From NCBI GenBank assembly GCA_963663865.1, contig OY760686.1, forward strand, positions 12,069 to 76,068: 64,000 bases of DNA, in the 5' to 3' direction. Below are positions 18,944 to 27,672 of the stretch, in pieces. A program made the position numbers and the translations under genes. Each line of letters begins with the position of its first letter. Within the stretch, counting starts at the first letter, position 1. The DNA comes from Spirochaetota bacterium (lineage in GTDB: Bacteria > Spirochaetota > UBA4802 > UBA5550). The notes below the pieces were generated by a model that searched no databases, was not told the DNA's origin, and saw only the letters and a list, made by a program, of their open reading frames with translations.

Positions 18944-19016
18944 TGAGTCGCCTGGGACTCGAACCCAGGACCCACGGCTTAAAAGGCCGTTGCTCTACCG
19001 ACTGAGCTAGCGACTC
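18944..19016 (-). tRNA. tRNA-Lys (anticodon UUU)
   Basis: The reverse complement GAGTCGCTAGCTCAGTCGGTAGAGCAACGGCCTTTTAAGCCGTGGGTCCTGGGTTCGAGTCCCAGGCGACTCA has a perfect acceptor stem GAGTCGC/GCGACTC and anticodon loop CTTTTAA. Confidence 0.9.
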
Positions 19017-19131
19017 CCATGCTGATAAATAACCGATAACTTATGACACCCAACCGTGTCAACTGAATTTAAAATTTCACCTGAAATTTTTTAACTAAAT
19101 GTAGCTGTTAATCAAAAAACTTTATATTCAC

Positions 19132-20406
19132 TCACCTGGCATCCCTGTAAAAAGTTGCTTCTCGTCCCGGCCCCACAGAAACAATTGTTACAGGCACTCC
19201 TGTCAGCTTTTCCAGAGCGGATATGTAATTCTTTGCGGCAGCGGGAAGGCTCTCAATCGAAGTGCACTTTGATATATCCTCATCCCATCCGTCAAACTCT
19301 TCATAAATGGGACTCACCTCATCAAGCCGAGCCGAGGGGAACCCGTTGATTCTCTTTCCTGCAATCTCATATCCGACAGCTACTTTTATTTTCTTGAATC
19401 CGGTAAGCACGTCAAGCTTGGTCAGAGCCATTGAAGAAAGCCCGTTGACTCTCCTGGCCTGGCGGATAAGCTCTACGTCGAACCAGCCGCATCTGCGCGG
19501 CCTTCCCGTAGTAGAACCGAACTCCTTGCCATTAACACGGAGACGGTCGCCCTCGTCACAGGTATCCTCTGTCGGAAATGGGCCCTCTCCAACTCTTGTT
19601 ACGTATGCCTTGGTTATTCCTATAACTTCATTTATATTAAAGGTATTGAGTCCCGTCCCAAGAAGCGCCCCGCCAATCGTCGGATTCGACGATGTCACAA
19701 ACGGGTATGTCCCGTGATCTATATCGAGAGCAAAACCCTGGGCCCCCTCAAGAAGGACATTTTTACCGTCTTCAAGATAATCGTGAAGCAACGTCTGTGA
19801 ATCTTTTATCATGTCTCCGGCTTTTTCCCTGAAATCATCAAGAATCAGCATAATCTCATCAACAGTAAAAGCCCTTCTCGAATAAAGCTTCTCGAACATG
19901 GGATTTTTAACAGCGAGCGCGTGCTCGACCTTCTCACGCAGAGTATCGCGGTCAAAGACATCACCTGCCCTTATACCGATACGAAGACACTTGTCAGCGT
20001 AGCAGGGACCTATTCCTCTGTGCGTTGTGCCGATTTTCTTCTGTCTCAGGTCTTCCATGGCTGCATCAAGCTCTTTGTGGTACGGAAGTATAAGGTGAAC
20101 ACAGTCGGAAACGACAAACCTGTCTCTAACATCAATGCCTTCCCCTTCAAGCTGCTCTATTTCATTAAGCAGCTGCACTGGATCTATTACGAGGCCGTTC
20201 CCTACAACGCATACCTTTTCCCCGTGAAGAATTCCTGACGGAACAAGGTGAAAAATATGCTTTTCTCCGCCAACCACTACAGTATGGCCCGCGTTGGCTC
20301 CCCCCTGGTACCTTACCACGACATCGGCGTCCTTGGCAAGAAAGTCAATCATCTTGGCTTTACCCTCATCACCCCACTGGGTGCCAATTGCTACCATACA
20401 GCTCAT
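19132..20406 (-). CDS. purA: Adenylosuccinate synthetase
   Basis: Motifs GTQWGDEGKAK and GGANAGHT, with PurA-like sequence along the full length. 424 aa. Confidence 0.95.
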   Translation of the reverse strand: MSCMVAIGTQWGDEGKAKMIDFLAKDADVVVRYQGGANAGHTVVVGGEKHIFHLVPSGILHGEKVCVVGNGLVIDPVQLLNEIEQLEGEGIDVRDRFVVSDCVHLILPYHKELDAAMEDLRQKKIGTTHRGIGPCYADKCLRIGIRAGDVFDRDTLREKVEHALAVKNPMFEKLYSRRAFTVDEIMLILDDFREKAGDMIKDSQTLLHDYLEDGKNVLLEGAQGFALDIDHGTYPFVTSSNPTIGGALLGTGLNTFNINEVIGITKAYVTRVGEGPFPTEDTCDEGDRLRVNGKEFGSTTGRPRRCGWFDVELIRQARRVNGLSSMALTKLDVLTGFKKIKVAVGYEIAGKRINGFPSARLDEVSPIYEEFDGWDEDISKCTSIESLPAAAKNYISALEKLTGVPVTIVSVGPGREATFYRDAR

Positions 20407-20552
20407 TTGTTTCCTCTTTTTTTCTCATAATCACGCACAGTCTGGCATTTTATTTCCAGATACTAAAATAACAAGTTTTTTTCTCAGACACGCACTTAAA
20501 AATCATTTACATTTTTTTTGGCCTAAACAATAAACCCCCGCCTGCCGATATT

Positions 20553-21257
20553 ATGATTAAGGAGCACTGTGCTCAAAAAAGGGGTCTCTTGAAGCTGAAA
20601 CTATTTACAACGACTGTTCAACTGCTGCTGTTTTGCTCCATTATTGCCGGTTACCCGGTACAGGATGGCGTAGAATGCGGAACCCTTAATGCCGGGACTT
20701 ATAGAAAGCCGGCGCGAATCCACATAGTGAAAAACGGCGAGACCCTTTACTCAATCTCACGCCGCTACGGATTAAAACCCCAGGAACTCTGCGCGTTCAA
20801 TAAAATCAGCATGGACAGCACCCTGTATGCCGGTACGAAGCTGAAAATTCCGCCAACCGGGAACTTTTCACCAGGAAAGCCCGCGCATGGCCGGCCTCTG
20901 TTCATCTGGCCCGTCAAAAACCCCATATCGTGTAAAAAAGACGGTTCTGACGGCGTTAAATCTATCGGCATTGTGATTCAATCACGTCCTGCGTCTCAGG
21001 TTTTTTCCTCAGCCAGCGGGATTGTGCGAAAGATAGGCTTTATGCGGGGCTTCGGCAAATATGTCATGGTTACTCACAGCGACAGGTATGTTACAGTATA
21101 TTCAAACCTGGAGCGGATTATGGTAAAAAGCGGTAAAACTGTCAGGACAGGTGAAACTATCGGAATAGCTGACGCAAGTACAGGGAAGGTTCACTTCCAG
21201 ATTGACAGAGCGGGACGCCCGGCAGATCCACTTAAGCTGCTTCCCGCGAGAGGCTGA
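20553..21257 (+). CDS. LysM plus degenerate LytM (NlpD-like) protein
   Basis: LysM motif HIVKNGETLYSISRRYGL...GTKLKIP, then a C-terminal M23-like fold that lacks HxxxD and has KVHFQI in place of HLHFE. Confidence 0.75.
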   Translation: MIKEHCAQKRGLLKLKLFTTTVQLLLFCSIIAGYPVQDGVECGTLNAGTYRKPARIHIVKNGETLYSISRRYGLKPQELCAFNKISMDSTLYAGTKLKIPPTGNFSPGKPAHGRPLFIWPVKNPISCKKDGSDGVKSIGIVIQSRPASQVFSSASGIVRKIGFMRGFGKYVMVTHSDRYVTVYSNLERIMVKSGKTVRTGETIGIADASTGKVHFQIDRAGRPADPLKLLPARG

Positions 21258-21312
21258 TTTTTTCTGAAACCTATTTAAACCTGAGAACTCTATAGACTAT
21301 GTCTGTTGTTGA

Positions 21313-21344
21313 CCCCTGCCGCCCTTTGCGGCGGGGTTTTCTTT
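21313..21344 (+). terminator. Rho-independent terminator
   Basis: Stem cccctgccgc / gcggcgggg followed by ttttcttt. Confidence 0.6.
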
Positions 21345-21396
21345 GCAAAAAATCACTGACGGCGTCCCACCAAACGCCGCCTTAAAGGAGACATCA

Positions 21397-23298
21397 ATGT
21401 CCGGCAAGCACATCCTCAGACTGAATACAGTTTTTTTAATACTGTTTGCTGCAGGCGCCCTCAGCGCCGAAGGAATCGGATTAACGGCACCGACAGGACC
21501 AGTCACCGTTCCCGCGGGAACGAAAGCGGTTCTGCCGGTTAAAGTCAATACCCCCCCCCGAAGTCATTTTTATGGAAACCCGAAAGGGCCCGGAACAGGA
21601 AAGCCGGTTGAGATTACTGTAAAGGCCGATACACCACTGCTGGCCGGGGAAATCAGGATTACCCGCCCCGCCAGATATACCGCAAAAAGCAGCTCTGAGC
21701 ATGTCTGGATTCACGAGAACGGGGCCGTTATATTCGTCACTGTTGAGGTTCCGAATGACGCAAAAGCCGCCGAGTACTCCTTAAGAGTGGATATTGATGC
21801 CCTTCTGTGCACGGACACGTCGTGCATCCCGCAGCGCACCGGAATTGATATTCCCTTAAAGATCCCGTCCGGGGCGGCCGGAGCTTACCGATTGACACCG
21901 CGGCTTAAGAAATTGCTGGCTGACTCCCAGGTGATAGGCAGCCATTCAGCACATGCAAAGTCTGCTTCGTATTCAGATGCCGGGGAAAAAAGCAGCACAT
22001 CCTTCTCACCGGAATACATAGGCGGCAGCTCTGTCAGCGGAATACTTCAGGCAATTATCCTCGGACTTATTGCCGGCTTCATCCTTAACTTCATGCCGTG
22101 CGTTCTCCCGGTTGTCAGCCTCAAGCTTATGTCATTCGCACGGAACGCCGGCAGCAGCCGGCCAAAGCTTATTAAGCTCGGATTGTCTTTTTCCGCTGGC
22201 ATTGTAGCGAGTTTTACAGTTCTCGCGGCGCTTGCGGCCTTTTTCGGTTACAGCTGGGGCGGGCTCTTCCAGCACCGTGCTTTTTTAACCGCCATGACAG
22301 CTGTTGTTTTCGCGCTGGCGATGTCTCTCTTTGGCCTTTTCTCTGTAAATATACCTTCATTCGCAGGGAAACAGCAAAACACAAAATCGGGATATGGAGA
22401 CGCGTTCGGGAAAGGGCTTCTTGCTACGCTTCTGGCGACTCCATGCAGCGGGCCCTTTCTCGGAGGCACACTTGCCTGGACGCTCAACCAGCATCCGGCG
22501 GTTATCTTTGCCGTATTCATATCGATAGGAGCAGGAATGTCAATACCCTATCTGCTCATGACTGCGGCTCCGTCATTTATGCGCTTTATCCCCAAACCGG
22601 GGCCATGGCTTGGAGTTTTTGAGAAAGCTATGGGCTTTTTGCTGGTACTGACTACAGTTTATCTTATTTCGCTTTTTGAACCGGCTGATATTATGCCTGT
22701 AATACTGTTCCTTGCCCTTCTTACTCCGGCTCTATGGCTTTACGGGAAGTACGGCTCTCCCATCAACCCGAAAAAACAGAGAACTATTGCGTCATCAGCT
22801 GCAGTAATAATAGCTATAGCCGCATGGTTTATATCGTTCATCCTTATATTCTCCCCTTCAGCTGAAAAAACAGAGATACGCAGCGTAGTTAAATCTAAAT
22901 TTTCAATTGAACGCCTCGGTAAAAATGCTTCGGAGGGCCGTATAAGCTTTGTGAAGTTTACGGCAGACTGGTGTCCGAACTGCAAGGTAGTTGAGCGTAT
23001 CTCACTCAATGACAGCCGGGTTCAGGAAGCCATTGCAAAATCGGGGGCTGAGCTTCTAACAGCTGACATCACACGTCCTTATCCTGATGCCGAGAAACTG
23101 CTGAAGCAGCTCGGCAGCAGGTCTATCCCATTCCTTGCGGTATTCCCGCCCGGAGACGAATTCGCCAGGCCGGTTTGCCTGCGGGACATGTACTCGGCAT
23201 CAGACGTGGTTGAGGCCCTTAAAAGCGCTGAGCGGCGGATAAAGCCTTCAGGAGAGAATTTCCCGGTCAAGGAGATCGAGGACTTCGGGCATCAATGA
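21397..23298 (+). CDS. dsbD: DsbD/ScsB-family thiol:disulfide interchange membrane protein
   Basis: AAGGAG RBS before ATG 21397, a signal peptide, central membrane-core motifs FMPCVLPV and ATPCSGPF, and a C-terminal thioredoxin motif WCPNC. Confidence 0.85.
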   Translation: MSGKHILRLNTVFLILFAAGALSAEGIGLTAPTGPVTVPAGTKAVLPVKVNTPPRSHFYGNPKGPGTGKPVEITVKADTPLLAGEIRITRPARYTAKSSSEHVWIHENGAVIFVTVEVPNDAKAAEYSLRVDIDALLCTDTSCIPQRTGIDIPLKIPSGAAGAYRLTPRLKKLLADSQVIGSHSAHAKSASYSDAGEKSSTSFSPEYIGGSSVSGILQAIILGLIAGFILNFMPCVLPVVSLKLMSFARNAGSSRPKLIKLGLSFSAGIVASFTVLAALAAFFGYSWGGLFQHRAFLTAMTAVVFALAMSLFGLFSVNIPSFAGKQQNTKSGYGDAFGKGLLATLLATPCSGPFLGGTLAWTLNQHPAVIFAVFISIGAGMSIPYLLMTAAPSFMRFIPKPGPWLGVFEKAMGFLLVLTTVYLISLFEPADIMPVILFLALLTPALWLYGKYGSPINPKKQRTIASSAAVIIAIAAWFISFILIFSPSAEKTEIRSVVKSKFSIERLGKNASEGRISFVKFTADWCPNCKVVERISLNDSRVQEAIAKSGAELLTADITRPYPDAEKLLKQLGSRSIPFLAVFPPGDEFARPVCLRDMYSASDVVEALKSAERRIKPSGENFPVKEIEDFGHQ

Positions 23299-23778
23299 AG
23301 CTATTGATTGCATCTCATCGCGGCTGAATTCGGAGAGAACATAATCGGCCACAGGAACCCTGGAGTCCTCGGGACGGCCTACGCCAAACCTGAGACGGCT
23401 GAAATCAGGGTTCCCTGCCTGCTGAATAATCGACCTTATTCCGTTATGACCCCTGTGCCCGCCGCCCTTCTTTATCTCGAAACGCCCGAACACAAAATCA
23501 ATCTCGTCATGGACAGCAACGAGCGATGAGGTTTCAAGCTTATAAAAGCTCATTGCCTGTGAAACCGACTCACCGCTCCGGTTCATATAGGTGTGAGGGA
23601 CGAGAACACAGACATCCGTGTTTCCGACCTTGCCGGTTCCGTAAAACCCGCCAAATCCCTTCTGAGAGCACCTGATTCCATGCCTCTCCGCAAAATGCTC
23701 TCCGATTATAAACCCGATATTATGCCGTGTTTTACTGTATCTCTTTCCGGGATTGCCTAAAAAAACAACCAGTTTCAT
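23248..23778 (-). CDS. pth: Peptidyl-tRNA hydrolase
   Basis: LGNPGKRYSKTRHNIGF, HNG. 176 aa. Confidence 0.9.
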   Translation of the reverse strand: MKLVVFLGNPGKRYSKTRHNIGFIIGEHFAERHGIRCSQKGFGGFYGTGKVGNTDVCVLVPHTYMNRSGESVSQAMSFYKLETSSLVAVHDEIDFVFGRFEIKKGGGHRGHNGIRSIIQQAGNPDFSRLRFGVGRPEDSRVPVADYVLSEFSRDEMQSIASLMPEVLDLLDREILS

Positions 23779-23800
23779 TTATCCATCCGTGCTGTCTGGT

Positions 23801-24136
23801 TCATCCGGCAATAAAGTCCAGCGCCGAAGCGGTGTTTATGAACATATTTATACGGTCATAAAGCCCCGTCACTCTGAGCATTTCCTCAACCTCCCGGCTG
23901 ACTTTCACGAGAACGAACTTCTTTCCGTCGCCTTCAAACCTGTTGTGATATTTAATGATAATTCCAAGCGCGGAGCTGTCAACGTATTCCAGCCCTGACA
24001 CGTCAAGAATGACATTTGAACCAGATTCATAGATATCGTCAAGCACAGACTGAAAGTTCAAAACATACTCTGACGAGAGCGATCCCTCGATATTTATAAC
24101 GGGTGTACCCATGATACTGCAGGTTGATATTTTCAT
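23801..24136 (-). CDS. STAS-domain anti-sigma-factor antagonist (SpoIIAA-like)
   Basis: 111 aa with the motif ILDVSGLEYVDSSALGIII typical of STAS. Confidence 0.75.
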   Translation of the reverse strand: MKISTCSIMGTPVINIEGSLSSEYVLNFQSVLDDIYESGSNVILDVSGLEYVDSSALGIIIKYHNRFEGDGKKFVLVKVSREVEEMLRVTGLYDRINMFINTASALDFIAG

Positions 24137-24427
24137 ATACGCACCAGCCTGAAATATTTTTGCGCGTCAGGAGTGCAGCTTGAGTAAATTTTCCCATATA
24201 TGTATCGGTTTATGCCGGACTTAACTTAAGCGGAATCCGCTATTTTTTCTGCGCTCGTCCATTTTTTTATGCAAAATCAAATTCAAGCTTGCCCCAAACC
24301 GCTCAATGCTGAAGATTAGCCTCATACGGCATCGCTGGTGCTGCCGCATCGATATCGGGGCATTATTCACCGCAGTGGATAGCGCTTGTAATCTAAACAG
24401 ACGAATTTCCTGAAGGTTTTCTTTAAT

Positions 24428-27058
24428 ATGCATAGATATATATCAGCTATTTCACTAATTCTGATACTGATACCGCTGTCAACCAGGGGGGCCGCGTTCA
24501 GCGGAAAGGGACTTTACGGTCTGGGAAACTCCCCTTCAGCAGCCGGCCGGGGTTCGACAGCTGTTTCCTCATCCGGGTTTGAATACTTCATGTACAACCC
24601 GGCATCTGCTGCCGGCTCCGACAGGGGAGGGGTTTCACTGATGTACGCCTTCCCGGCTTCGGGTTTCCACTACCCCGGAGTTGCTTTCGGATTCCCGACA
24701 GCCTACGGAACTCTGGCAGGCTCCTTCAGACACCTTACAATAGGCAACCCTGAGGACATTTCGACCGCATGGGCGTTTTCGCTCGGCGGAGGTAAAAACA
24801 TAACCCCGAAAATGGCCTTCGGAGCGGGATTGAATATCATTGCAGGTACATCAAGCGAAGGAGAAAGCTTTTATTACCCCGGCGTAACCCTTGGCAGCAG
24901 ATATTGCTTCTCAGGCATGCCGAGAACAATGGGCCTGGGCATCTTCTCGCCTTCAGTTGGAGCTGCTCTCAGCGCCGGTTTTCCCGGAGGAAGCATCGAT
25001 TCCGGCGAAGGCTTTAACGGCATTACAGCAGGATATGAATTCAGCTTTTTCAGGCATGCTCTCTTTGAACTTTGCTGGCATAACGATATCACCCTTTTTA
25101 ACTACAATGAAGGTTTCCCTATAAAAGCCGGCATTGAGTCGGAGTTCCGGAACGGCCTTATCCTGCGCACGGGGGCAATACTGTTCAACGAATACGGGTG
25201 CAGTTCAATAACTGCCGGCGCCGGATACAGATTCAAAACAGCAGCTTTTACAGGTTCCGTAGACTATACAGCAAGCTACGGAGCCGGAAGCGTTGTCCAC
25301 TTCGTCGGCATTACCGCCAGCTACGGCTCACCCGACAGAGAACCGCCTAAGGCAGAGATATCACCGGAAACGGCATATATTTCGCCTAACCACGACGGAA
25401 CGCGGGATTACATCGAATTCAGCCTTAACGTTACAGACAGGAGCCTGATTAAAGGATGGCGCCTTCAGATTCTCGGTGAGAACTCGTCGGGTATCAGAGA
25501 GTTTCGAATGAGCGAGCGGGACATCATTAAGCCGTTGACCCCTTCTCTCTTCGTGAAGCGGATTTTTTCAAGCAGCATTTCGCTCGACGTTCCACGGACT
25601 ATTATCTGGGATGGAACCAATCCTGATGGAAGCACGGCAAAGGACGGGGTGTACACATATTCATTCTCCGTCTGGGATGAGCACGACAACATGGCACCAA
25701 AAAAGACCGGAACAATTATCCTCGACAACACCCCTCCGGCGGTACAACTTAAGGATCACACTGCAATGTTCTCTCCCAACAGCGACGGACGCAAAGACCT
25801 GTTCAGGACAAAACTCGAGAGTTCCACATCGCCCTCGGATATCTGGACCGCGTCAATAAAGGACAGCCTCGGAAATACGGTTAAGGAATTCACCTGGCAA
25901 GGGGCCTCGCTTCCCTCTGAACTTATATGGGACGGGCTAACCGATGCGGGCTTAGAAGCTCCTGATGGAGTTTACAGCCTGACGATAAGCGCTTCCGACA
26001 TGGCAGGAAATACATCATCCGCAGAGATTAATGACATTGTGCTGACACGAAGCTATCAGGCTGCCGACATCCGCATTGAGAGTCTGTATTTATCCCATAG
26101 AATTTCTAATTCACTCAGGATGTTCCCGTCATTGTCTTCTACCAGCGGCCTTGAAAGCTACAGCGCAGTCATTTCCGATAATGACGGTGACCCTGTAAAG
26201 GAGATTTCCGGCACTGCTCCGCTTCCGGCAGTTATAAGCTGGAGCTGTACTGACAACAATAACGAGAAGCTCAAGGACGGCACATACAGTGTTAAATTGA
26301 CGGCGGCCTTTAACAGCGGGAACACGCCTTCCAGCTTTCCGAAAAAACTCATAGTCGACAGTACCCCGCCGAACTTGAAAGTAACCCACAGCCCGGAACG
26401 ATTTTCTCCCGACAACGACGGGGAAAACGATATACTGACAATAAAACCTGATTGTTATGATAAAAGCCCTGTTGACTCATGGGCCGTAAGGATTGTCAGC
26501 CCTGCCGGAACCATCTTTAAAACTTTTACGGGCAAAGGTGCTCCGCCGGCAGAAATCAAATGGGACGGCCTGGGGGACAACCTGGACATTGTCGAATCCG
26601 CTGCCGATTACGGAATAGAGTTTTCGGCCACAGACGCTGCCGGCAACACATCTACGGTTACGGGGAAACCAATTAAGGTGGATATTCTGGTTGTTGTTAC
26701 TGAGAGGGGCCTGAAAATGCGGATAAGCAATATTCAGTTTGCCTTCGACAGCGATGTCCTCCGTCCTTCGGGAATGAGGGTTCTCGACAGGGTAATCGAC
26801 ATTCTCAACAGCTATCAGAATTACGACATCGTTATAGAAGGACACACCGACGATATCGGCGAAGATTCATACAATCTTACCCTTTCGGAAAAGCGGGCTA
26901 AATCGGTATACGACTATCTGTCAAAGAAAGGAATCTCCCGTGAACGGCTGGATTTTATCGGACTGGGTGAAACAGTTCCGCAATATCCGAACACTAACGA
27001 GGAAAACAGAAGAAGAAACAGACGCGTTGAGTTCCTTCTGATGAAAATACATAAATAA
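24428..27058 (+). CDS. Outer-membrane protein with FlgD-Ig-like repeats and a C-terminal OmpA domain
   Basis: Signal peptide and a Gly/aromatic-rich N-terminal region. Repeats occur with SPNHDGTRD, SPNSDGRKD and SPDNDGEND. C-terminal OmpA motif: NIQFAFDSDVL...GHTDDIG...NLTLSEKRA...NRRVEF. Confidence 0.85.
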   Translation: MHRYISAISLILILIPLSTRGAAFSGKGLYGLGNSPSAAGRGSTAVSSSGFEYFMYNPASAAGSDRGGVSLMYAFPASGFHYPGVAFGFPTAYGTLAGSFRHLTIGNPEDISTAWAFSLGGGKNITPKMAFGAGLNIIAGTSSEGESFYYPGVTLGSRYCFSGMPRTMGLGIFSPSVGAALSAGFPGGSIDSGEGFNGITAGYEFSFFRHALFELCWHNDITLFNYNEGFPIKAGIESEFRNGLILRTGAILFNEYGCSSITAGAGYRFKTAAFTGSVDYTASYGAGSVVHFVGITASYGSPDREPPKAEISPETAYISPNHDGTRDYIEFSLNVTDRSLIKGWRLQILGENSSGIREFRMSERDIIKPLTPSLFVKRIFSSSISLDVPRTIIWDGTNPDGSTAKDGVYTYSFSVWDEHDNMAPKKTGTIILDNTPPAVQLKDHTAMFSPNSDGRKDLFRTKLESSTSPSDIWTASIKDSLGNTVKEFTWQGASLPSELIWDGLTDAGLEAPDGVYSLTISASDMAGNTSSAEINDIVLTRSYQAADIRIESLYLSHRISNSLRMFPSLSSTSGLESYSAVISDNDGDPVKEISGTAPLPAVISWSCTDNNNEKLKDGTYSVKLTAAFNSGNTPSSFPKKLIVDSTPPNLKVTHSPERFSPDNDGENDILTIKPDCYDKSPVDSWAVRIVSPAGTIFKTFTGKGAPPAEIKWDGLGDNLDIVESAADYGIEFSATDAAGNTSTVTGKPIKVDILVVVTERGLKMRISNIQFAFDSDVLRPSGMRVLDRVIDILNSYQNYDIVIEGHTDDIGEDSYNLTLSEKRAKSVYDYLSKKGISRERLDFIGLGETVPQYPNTNEENRRRNRRVEFLLMKIHK

Positions 27059-27141
27059 GCAATATAGACTAAAGACTCAGGAATTTTTTTTGACACCAGA
27101 GCGAAGCTGATTATTCTTGTTCTGTAGAGGAGATACGTATT

Positions 27142-27591
27142 ATGGATTCACTATTGGAACTTATAAGGTCACTTTTCAGACTGCTTGGCAGGTTGACAGA
27201 ATTTCTGTTAGACCGTTTTATGGAGCTTAATTTCTTCGACAGGCTCCTGATTATTTGCGTTATCCCTTCATTTGCGGCTGTGATGCTGCCGGTTGGGAAG
27301 TTTTATATCTTTGAAAACTGGTATTCGCTGAACAATCCGCTGGCAATATACCTGATAGGAATATCTATTGTCATTTTTGCCAGCTTCATCATCCGGCCTT
27401 TATACAGGATGCTTATTAGAGTAATGTGCGCTGGAGCTTATCTGTTAAATCTGCTTTATATTCATTTCGGCGATGGTTTCGCGCGGACTGAATATGAGCT
27501 TTCTGCCGGGTTCTATTTGAACATAGCCGTGCCGATCCTCATTGCCGCATTTTCAGCTCTTAGCTATTACGCTTATGGCAGAGAAAACTAA
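27142..27591 (+). CDS. Hypothetical membrane protein
   Basis: 149 aa with about four hydrophobic segments. No family recognised. Confidence 0.5.
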   Translation: MDSLLELIRSLFRLLGRLTEFLLDRFMELNFFDRLLIICVIPSFAAVMLPVGKFYIFENWYSLNNPLAIYLIGISIVIFASFIIRPLYRMLIRVMCAGAYLLNLLYIHFGDGFARTEYELSAGFYLNIAVPILIAAFSALSYYAYGREN

Positions 27592-27672
27592 TGGCTGTTC
27601 TCATTACACAATAAAAAAAGCGGCCTAACCTCATTTGGCCGACACCAACTTGCTAAACAGGAGGCAACAAAT

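Noticed and set aside
19021-19131. Promoter for the tRNA-Lys/tRNA-Glu pair (TTGACA on the minus strand about 40 nt upstream of tRNA-Lys)
   Set aside because: The -35 match is perfect, but no acceptable -10 hexamer sits at 16-18 nt (TTATCG or TATCGG), so I did not list it as a feature.
23248-23298. 51-bp convergent overlap of the 3' ends of the dsbD-like gene and pth
   Set aside because: Both stop codons are real, so the overlap stands. However, convergent tail overlaps are common in compact genomes, and I see no further signal attached to it.
24229-24248. Hairpin AGCGGAATCCGCT followed by a T-run on the plus strand, with no plus-strand gene upstream
   Set aside because: It could mark the end of a small RNA, but the stem is only 5 bp and I could not identify a promoter. 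The evidence is too weak to call.
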